From a virus (Duplodnaviria; Caudoviricetes), in IMG/VR virus record IMGVR_UViG_2905706892_000001, positions 1,556-65,555 of that record: DNA of 64,000 bases, one strand, 5' to 3'. Below are positions 1-8,600 of this stretch, in pieces. The first letter of the stretch is position 1, and every line of letters begins with the position of its first letter. The notes beneath the pieces are model-generated. The model saw only the letters and a list, made by a program, of their open reading frames with translations, was not told the origin of the DNA and did no database searches. The position numbers and the translations under genes were made by a program.

Positions 1-134
1 TTTATCCATCCTAGATAGTGTTTATATAATAGAAACAAACGTTCAAGATAAAAGCAAGTGTAAATACAAAAAATTAGTTCATTTAATGAGCTTCACTTAG
101 AAAAAACTTAATAGATAAATATATTTGAGGCATT

Positions 135-159
135 AAAAAAGGCGCTTAAAAAGCGCCTT
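135..159 (-). terminator. Intrinsic terminator after integrase
   Basis: AAGGCGCTT-AAA-AAGCGCCTT hairpin followed by a T-tract on the minus strand, 50 bp after the int stop. Confidence 0.8.
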
Positions 160-207
160 GCTAACAAGTATGTGTGCTTAAAACATATCTTTATAGGAGC
201 AATGACC

Positions 208-1389
208 TTAAGTGCTTGAAATCATTGATTTTCTAAAGACTTCTTTTTTAGTGGGGTCATCCAGCGCCCAAACTGGTTCAGCATCGGGGATGAATTTGCC
301 ATACACTTTACGAATCATTGCGGTGTCAATATGCCCTAAATGGGCGGCTACTGTCGACTCAGGTTCACCAGCTTTTAGCATCCAACTGGCGAAGCTATGT
401 CGAGTTGCATATGGTCTCAAGTAGGCTAAGCCAGCCTTATCAAGTGTCTGCTTCCAATGTTTCTGCGTGAACAGTCTCGACGTTGTGTAAGGGACTCCCC
501 TGCTCGTCACCCATGCTCTCTCGGAATCGTGCGTCTGCAATTCTAGTTCTAAGGCCAATCTCGCGGAAGATGGAAGGTAGATTTTCCTTGCTCGGCCACT
601 CTTCGGTGATTGCTCTGCCCCTGTTTGGGTTAAAGTGCGTTTCACAGTGATATACGGTAGACATACGTCCTCCCTCCTTAGTGCTGATGCTTCGCCTGGT
701 CTTAATCCTGACCAGAACATAAATGTGACTAATCGCTTACGACTTTCGCTGTTGAAGGCCTTCGCTATCCGTTCGGCTTCATCAATTGTAAAGACCTCAG
801 TCGAGTCTATGCTCTTGTGAAGTCCCTCCATTGTTAAGGCCTTGGACTTTGACTCCACGCCGTCCAGCATACGGCCAAAGTTATCGGATTCGATAACTAA
901 TGACCTAACTGCTCGTGTAATGGCAAATCGAACAAGCCACAAGCGGAACGATGCGAACTCTGTTGAGGGCGACATTTTAATTATATCGTCGCGCAAACGC
1001 ATAGCCTCTGTGGGTGTAATATTTGCCGCGTCTATATGCCCGAAATGCTCAATTACCCACTCGGCCCTAATGCTGTACGTATTATGAGTAGAGCCTTTGA
1101 CCTTGCCACGTTTGGCCTCAATGAAATGCTCACGAATAATAAACTCCAACCGGCGCTCGTCCTTTTTCAAACTTGGATCATTTGGAAAGTACCGAGATAA
1201 ATCAAATTGACCAAGCGTAATGTCACGCCTTATAGCGTTTAGCATTTGTTCGGCAGCCTTGATATTTGCCTTAGTCGGTGGTATTCCTAGCGTTCGTCGC
1301 CACTGGTTCTTTTCATTTGGTGGGCGAAAAGCAATGCGTAGTTTGTCTCTATGCACTGTTACACCCTTGGGTAAATCTAAATCACTCAT
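208..1389 (-). CDS. int: Tyrosine recombinase/integrase with N-terminal arm-binding (DUF3596-like) domain
   Basis: GLRPGE, PKSG, YATRHSFAS, LGH, VYG catalytic motifs; N-terminal LPKGVTVH..LRIAF..TLGIPPTKANIK; start moved to ATG 1389 after AGGAG. Confidence 0.95.
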   Translation of the reverse strand: MSDLDLPKGVTVHRDKLRIAFRPPNEKNQWRRTLGIPPTKANIKAAEQMLNAIRRDITLGQFDLSRYFPNDPSLKKDERRLEFIIREHFIEAKRGKVKGSTHNTYSIRAEWVIEHFGHIDAANITPTEAMRLRDDIIKMSPSTEFASFRLWLVRFAITRAVRSLVIESDNFGRMLDGVESKSKALTMEGLHKSIDSTEVFTIDEAERIAKAFNSESRKRLVTFMFWSGLRPGEASALRREDVCLPYITVKRTLTQTGAEQSPKSGRARKIYLPSSARLALELELQTHDSERAWVTSRGVPYTTSRLFTQKHWKQTLDKAGLAYLRPYATRHSFASWMLKAGEPESTVAAHLGHIDTAMIRKVYGKFIPDAEPVWALDDPTKKEVFRKSMISST

Positions 1390-1427
1390 ACGGCTATACT
1401 CCTGATAGTGATTACCCCCCACCGAGT

Positions 1428-1456
1428 AGGTTAAAGCACGGGGATCATGGTGTCTA
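1428..1456 (-). promoter_or_regulatory. Putative sigma70 promoter of int
   Basis: TAGACA-17bp-TAACCT on minus strand between late terminator and int RBS; no phage operator motif here. Confidence 0.5.
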
Positions 1457-1469
1457 TTTGTTTGGGCAT

Positions 1470-1497
1470 AAAAAAGCCCCGCCTATTGAGGCGGGGT
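1470..1497 (-). terminator. Intrinsic terminator ending the late operon
   Basis: ACCCCGCCT-CAAT-AGGCGGGGC then TTTTTT on minus strand. Confidence 0.85.
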
Positions 1498-1513
1498 TAT
1501 TAAACCAATCGGT

Positions 1514-1669
1514 CTATTTGAGAGCTTTTTTAATCATAGCGTGTAGCTCGTCATCCCATTTTGGCTTTGAACTCTTAACAAGCTTTTCAGACGCAAACAA
1601 CGCGATTTTTACAAGGAACTCTGTAGTTACTAAGCGAGTCATCAAGAACGCTAACAGTTTACTCAGCAT
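1514..1669 (-). CDS. Small 51-aa phage protein, possible holin/lysis accessory (below ORF-track cutoff)
   Basis: MLSKLLAFLMTRLVTTEFLVKIALFASEKLVKSSKPKWDDELHAMIKKALK; overlaps upstream gene end and stops just before terminator. Confidence 0.7.
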   Translation of the reverse strand: MLSKLLAFLMTRLVTTEFLVKIALFASEKLVKSSKPKWDDELHAMIKKALK

Positions 1670-1850
1670 TGGTCTCTACCTGAATTACGGGCACAGTTTC
1701 CACAAGCTCTGCCAAACTTTGACCTTCAAAACCGACACGTTTAGCGATTGTGCCCAACACTTCACTTAGGCCTTTGGCCTCGTCCAGTGAGTCAAGAACA
1801 CGTGCTTTTAGTCGCATGATTTCTGCTTGTGCATTTTGCTGTTCTTCCAT
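1659..1850 (-). CDS. Small coiled-coil hypothetical protein
   Basis: Tightly packed in late operon, helical composition. Confidence 0.75.
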   Translation of the reverse strand: MEEQQNAQAEIMRLKARVLDSLDEAKGLSEVLGTIAKRVGFEGQSLAELVETVPVIQVETNAE

Positions 1851-1852
1851 TA

Positions 1853-2206
1853 TTACTCGACTCCAATTACTTCTAGTTTGCAGTGTGTTTCCGCTGCTGT
1901 TTCGGCGGTTAGGCCCGTGTACGTCTCAGAATCTAATGTGTAGCTAGCGAAATCTGAGTTGTAAGTAGTAGGGTCAATCAGAATATACGGCGGTGAACCT
2001 GCGTCCTTATCTTCCTGAGCAGGCCAATAGCCAATGCGGTAGTTAAGACTAAAGTTAGCTGTCTCATTGTTTACAGTGCCGATAGCCTCACGAATGTCAT
2101 ACGTAAAGTTTTCGCCAGTGTTCGCGGTGAACTCTGAACGAAGAACTTGGAATACTGCTGCTGCGAACGTAGTGCCTTGCGGGTCTGTGAATGGTGCTGT
2201 GAACAT
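1853..2206 (-). CDS. Hypothetical phage protein (tail fibre region)
   Basis: GAGG RBS, operon packing. Confidence 0.8.
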   Translation of the reverse strand: MFTAPFTDPQGTTFAAAVFQVLRSEFTANTGENFTYDIREAIGTVNNETANFSLNYRIGYWPAQEDKDAGSPPYILIDPTTYNSDFASYTLDSETYTGLTAETAAETHCKLEVIGVE

Positions 2207-2240
2207 TTTAGAACCTCTTGTTGTTATTGAGCTGCGAGTA

Positions 2241-2291
2241 TAACGTGTTACTACTAACTAAAATAGTAGTAACACTGTTAAACCTATTTAA
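2241..2291 (-). promoter_or_regulatory. Two operator-like motifs in inverted arrangement plus possible promoter TTAAAT-17-TACTAT
   Basis: AGTAGT-AAC-ACTGTT at 2265-2279; degenerate TAACGT-GTT-ACTACT at 2241-2255. Confidence 0.7.
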
Positions 2292-2673
2292 AAGGAAAGT
2301 CCGTTTTTACGCGGGCAACGGCCTCTAGCCAGTTGTCCTTAGCTTCATCAGTCTGGTCAAACTGCCACTCCATGAACAGCTTATCAGTTAGGACATAACC
2401 CTTTTGACGAGCCTTGACCATCTTAGCGTTATGCGCCTCGATGGTTGGCACAACAGCCCCCCACGTATCGGTGTTTGGGTCATAGATTTTACCCATGTAC
2501 TTGAACGTGGGGTCGAAATCTATTTCGTACCAATTTTCTAAGTCTTCTGGTACAGGCCACACTTGAACTGACCTACACGTTGCAATATCGACATACGCCT
2601 TATCAAACACTTCTTCGGTCTTCGGGGCATGATTAACAATCATTATACTTTCTCCACAATGTTCACGCCCCAT
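2284..2673 (-). CDS. Tail fibre assembly chaperone-like protein
   Basis: Directly after fibre; C-terminal TDKLFMEWQFD..WLEAVARVKTDFP typical of Tfa-like proteins; true start probably 2643. Confidence 0.7.
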   Translation of the reverse strand: MGREHCGESIMIVNHAPKTEEVFDKAYVDIATCRSVQVWPVPEDLENWYEIDFDPTFKYMGKIYDPNTDTWGAVVPTIEAHNAKMVKARQKGYVLTDKLFMEWQFDQTDEAKDNWLEAVARVKTDFPFK

Positions 2674-5600
2674 ATACGACGGATAAGGCTGTTTTCGCCG
2701 CGCTCGATAAGACTACGCTTACCTTGCAGCGACACACGCCAGTATTTATCGTAAAGCGGGCTAGATAGCATGAATTGCTTATCATCAAATTTACCTACGT
2801 CGGCTGTTATCGTGTACGTAGGGATCAAAGTAATACCCATAACATCGTCATTATCTTCTGAACCTTCAACGGCCAAGAACTCGTATTTGTCGTAGTCGTC
2901 AGCCAGCGTAATGTTACCATTCGCAAGACCCGCAGCGTTGTAGTAAAGCGATGTGTAATCGTACTTCATTTCAATACGCTTGAACGCAGGCGAACTACCC
3001 GTGAAGCTACGTACCAAAATAGCCATCGAAGTACCACTAAGGCGAGTTACACGTATGGTGTACCTCTGACCACTTGCTGCATAGTTATCACTGATTTGGT
3101 CATCAATATGTATAGAAGAACTTCCTTCCCAACGACCATAACTAGGTGAGCCATACTCGTTGTCTAGATGCTGAAAAGATGTGCCTGTGTAGGTACGGTT
3201 AACGATTCGAGTATTGGAAGTTGTACCTCGGAAAACCTCTATGCGCCAGTTAGGTGTCGAGTAGGCTTGTTTTCCTGATCCGTTATGGTAACTCGTTGAG
3301 CCACTTACAACCCATGAGAGATTAACCTTTCCACCTAGAACTGTTATAGCGGGCAGTACGTAAGTACCCCCCGTGTTCAAGGATTTATCAGTACCACTTT
3401 GCGTACCACCTGCCACAGTACCCACGTAATACGGGTTTATCTGTCTACGAGCCTCGTCTTGGATGGACTCAATATCAACCGTGTTTTTAGATAATTTACC
3501 ATCAAAGAAACCGTTACCCTTTGTATCCACATAGAATATTGGCGAGATTTCCTTGCCTGCTGAGTCAGTCCTAGATAAAGCTATAGGGCGCACAGCATCA
3601 GGGGCGATTTTAAGGCTAGTGTATGAACCACCATTGTTTACTAGGCTATTAACCTGTAGGTGTCTTGCGTTGATAGCGCCCGCACCAATCCAGCTAGCCG
3701 TGATAGTGTTTTCAAGCCCAGCAGGCGGCGTAGATGGGAGGAAGTCATCGTACGTAATAACCCTTGAGATGACACCCGTAGTAGCTTTAGCATTCACGAC
3801 CCCGTTAAAACGGGCATGCCCATTCATCGCTAAGTAAGTACCAATAACGCCATTTTGCTTGAGAACGAGTTGGTGTTTATTACCACCGTCTATTTCACTA
3901 CCGTAGTGGTAGCCAAGCCCATAATGTTTAGCGTGAGTACGCCAGTCAGATCCGATAGTCCATATCATTTGATCCTTGCTAGAGCCCAATGTTGCGTAGT
4001 AACCAACGATGCCCCCCTCGCCCGTTGGATTAGTGCTATAAAGCTGCTGCTTAAAGCGGATACCACCATCCGTGTTTATTGCCTGTAATGAGTTAGTGCT
4101 TGATGAGAATAAAGCTTTGCCCCCATAGGTGCGAACCCATTCGCTGTCGATCATATGGAGGCCGCCACCGTGCGAACTAAAGTAGATACCGTCGTCACTG
4201 TTAGTCCTTATCCATGTGTCACCACTATTTATAAACGTGTGTGCCCCTCGTCGTAACCCCCCATTAACGTCAACCACGCCATTAACTATAAAATCGCCAT
4301 TACGCCTGAACGCCGCTATATTGCCTCTGTCTCCCCCTGCTATGCTATATGCACCGCCCGCCGTACTTGTCTGAATGCGCAGCTCGCCCTCGTCGGCATT
4401 AGCCTCAAAGCGAAACGACCCCTTAGACGCGTTCTTACTTACTATGGCTACGTTTGCGTTGCGCGTTGGGTGCTTAAAAATACCCGCTACTTGGTTAGAG
4501 CCTATGGATGAAGCCTCTGCTATGAGCTGCCCTGTAGTAACTACCGATCCCTCATTATTTATAAGTGTCCCGCGCGTATGGTGGGTAAGTCCCTTGCTTC
4601 CTGTTATAAAACGAGCTATGTCACCCGTTCCCGATTGGACGGCGTAGAACGCTGGGTTGCTAGAATCACGATGCACGTACAAATAATCACTTGTCGGAGA
4701 TGTCGTACCAATCCTTGCGAACGAGGTTGCATGTAAACCATCAAGTTTATCAGCATCTAGGCCTGATCCACTGCCCATATTATCCGTGTGGAAAAACTCT
4801 TGCCATCCACCGCTGCTACCAGAGCTGACGCGCTTGAACATCATACGGTTAGTGTGGAATGAACACGCTATATCGAAGTAATAGCCCCCACCATTCGCAT
4901 GGTTAGCGGTGATATGATACCACCAATCATTTGTGGGGTTTTCCAAGGCAGTGTTGTCCGTACCCTCACCACCGCCCCCCGACACATTAGAGGCTTGTAG
5001 TCCTGAGCGACCATACACCACCTGATTATCGTACTCTAGGAGGTCAGCCTTAGCAGCTGTGTCATATTTGCCCAGATACTTTGAGTCCGCTTCAGACTTT
5101 ATAGCGAAATGACTAGTGTTGCCCGTATGGTATATATTATTGCCGCGATACTTTATCTCTGACATATCAAGCCACAACACGCTAGTTAAACCCGTAGTCA
5201 CGCCTTGCTTGACACCGCTACCTAGCTCAATGCTCATAAACGGATTACTACTAGAGTCCGTGTTGACCTCAATACGCGCGGCATTACCATCCATCATCGG
5301 TCTACCGTTGGCGTGGTTAAACGCTACGTTTGCGTTACCATGTCCATCGTTAGCGGCTAATGCGACTTTACCGCTCATAACGCCAACAATGCTACCCGAT
5401 GTAATTGCGTCACCTGAGGAAGGGAGATAGCGGCCATTCGCCTCACTTTTAGAGTACACATCAACAAAATCACGAACAGCAGCCATGTTAGAGCAGAATC
5501 GAATGTAGTTGTCAGTCGTACTATGCCTAAAGGCAATTGCCCCATGTATAGAGCTGTCATTTTGGTACGTAGACCTGAACAAACGACTTGTCGTGTCACC

Positions 5601-8600
5601 GTTTGAGTTACGCAATGCAATCGAATTAGCCGCGCCTGATGATGAAGCAGATTTGCCAGCTAGCTTGTCAGCATTTGCCGCTGTGGCGGTTTTGCCTAGA
5701 TACTTGCTGCCTAGCGATACGCCATTTTCATAAAAGTTAACTGAGTGGACTTCTTTAAACTTCCACGAACTTGTGCCCAAGTTACTTTTGTTATTAGCAT
5801 ACGGCAGTAAGCCCGCACTAGTTGTACGCACCCAACTATTTGAGCTAGCAGGATTGTTAGCAGGAAACATGCGCGGGTATGAAGAACTGCCCGATGTGTC
5901 GATACCCAAATAGCTTGGCTGCTCTTTTACATCTTTCCAGCGAACGTCTGTTATGAACCCACCACTTGATACCGTTGGTTCTGAAACACTAACAGCAAAA
6001 AACAGCTTGTCAGCATAATTGTAAGAGACAACACTTTTAGGATTAAACGTAATGTTCGAGATGGTGAACTCGTACGTGTACTCTAATCCTTTAGTCGGCG
6101 CGGGTAAGATAACTTGTTCCGAGAAGTTAAACGATGTGCGGTAAAGTCTGTGACCACCTTCCTCTGTTGAGTAATTGATGTTAGCTGACAGACGAATTGT
6201 GGCTTTACCCACTGTAAAGTTATGCGCCGCGCCGTTTAGCTTCATTGTCACATCAAATGCTACGTCTTTAAGGCCTGCTTCATTAGGGCCACTAACACTA
6301 AAGTTCATCTTTTGGGCGCTACCACCCGACTTAAGAGCGGGAACTGAGATTTTCTTGTTAAACCCAACACCCTTTGAAGTAACAGATTGTGTGCCCCCTA
6401 GTACGACACCATCAGGGCTAACACGTACTATGCCATCTTTAAACGCAGGGTCAATCATGTGTTCGCGGATTGCACCAGGCGGCATAGTAATGTCGTCCGA
6501 AAGTATAGCAATACCATCAACCGCTAAACGCCCACTGTCGATTGTTTCTGCTGATAATTGACGAATAACGGCTTCGTCAAGGTACATGTAGTTACGGTCT
6601 TCTGAGAAGTAGAACGGGAACTTAGACTTGTCCAATTCGCTACTACCATTCCAGTTAGGCGGCACGATAGCAATTTCATCCGCTTGGAAGTAAAGCTTAC
6701 CACCCGCGTCCACACCACTGCCTTTAGACAGTAAATGAACACCCGATACTTTACCGTTAGCATCAGCTTTGATTACACGTTCGGCCTTAAGGACATTCGT
6801 TTGGGTATCTGTGTATGCACGGGCTATATCTTTGGCCGAAGCCACTGCCTTACCTTGGCTAGCATTCACCGACTCAATACGACTAGCATTAGCATTTGAC
6901 GCTGTTTCGATAACACTTACGCGACTGTCAACGGCGTTAACCTCTGTAACATCACGGATTTCTAAGTATTCAATATCTACTACAGGTGAGCCTTTGCCAA
7001 CATGCGAAGCGATGAACATAAGGCGCACATAGCGCGTACCCTCACGAAAGTTTCGTGAACTCATGCCAACGCCCGTCATTATGGCCGAGTATTCGCGCCA
7101 TGTTCCATCGGTCGGTAATATCTTAGGTGATGCTGCGGCGTAAAGGTACGTTCCAGCTCCACCACTAGGGCGAGCGACTTCTTTTTTGTTTGCATCATAA
7201 GGCGCAACACCCGCATACAAACGATTTGAGTTATCAGACGAGTTTACCGCTTGGCGGGCACGTACACGGATCTCATAACTACGGTCTGGGTTAACTTGAA
7301 AGAACTCACGGGAGAAACCATCGCGAGAACCCGTAACTCTAAACCCTGCTTTAAGGTTCGCAGCACCCGAATCCGCGCTACTATCCAAGGCTGAGTGGAC
7401 ATCTGGGACAACATTGTTAGCTGAATTAAGCGTGTATTCTGACGACTTGGCCGCAATGCTTTCGACCATTGATATGCGGCGCGCTTTGTCCAAATCAGAT
7501 GTTTCGAGAGTAGACACACGATTAGTTGCGGCATTAACTTTACTGTCAGCCGAGTTCGCTTTGGCCTGTGCCTTAGCTGCATTCGATACACCGGTATTTG
7601 CGGTGCTTTGTGCTGTATTTGCTTTGCTGACACCACTAGTCGCTTTCGTTTCAACAGTGCTTAAACGTGATGCGTGTGTTGTGCTGGTACTTTCCAATGT
7701 AGACACACGATTCGATACCGCAGTAGCATTTGTTGTTGCTGTATTAGCTGTGCCCTGTGCAGCTTCTGCCGCGTCCTGTGCCGTGTCCGCTTTAATCGTT
7801 GCGGTGTTAGCCTTACTTTGTGCAGTGTTCGCTTTACTGACACCAGTAGTCGCTTTTGTTTCTACAGTGCTTAAGCGTGACGCATGAGTTGAGCTTGTGC
7901 TTTCCAGCGTTGATACACGGTTCGTTACCGCAGTAACCTTAGTGTTTGCGGCATTCGCCGTATTTTGTGCCGCATTCGCTTTACTGACACCACTGTCCGC
8001 TGTGTCCTGTGCATCATCCGCTAGGTTTTTAGCTGTATTAGCTGAACTCTGTGCTGCATTCGCTTTACCCACGCCACTGTCTGCCGTGTCCTGTGCATCA
8101 TCCGCTAGTTTTTTAGCTGTATTAGCCTTACTTTGTGCAGTGTTCGCTTTACTGACACCACTATTTGCTGTGCTTTGTGCCGCATTTGCTTTACTGACAC
8201 CCGTAGTCGCTTTCGTTTCTACAGTGCTTAAACGTGATGCATGGCCTGTGCTAGTTTCTTCAAGAGTACCAACACGGTTCGTTACCGAAGTTACCTTAGT
8301 GTTTGCTGAGTTAGCTGTACCTTGCGCTGCATTAGCTTTACTTACACCACTGTCCGCAGTGTCTTGCGCCTCATCTGCTAGGCCTTTAGCTGCGTTCGCT
8401 TTAGAAACACCACTGTTTGCTGTAACTTGTGCTGCATTTGCCTTACTCACACCACTGTTAGCAGTACTTTGCGCCACATTTGCTTTACTTACGCCACTCT
8501 CCGAAGTGGTTTCAACACTAGTGAAACGTGTTGCGTAGTCTTCGCTCGTTTCTTCAAGCGAGGTGACACGGTTCGTGACTGTATTTACTTTACCATCAGC

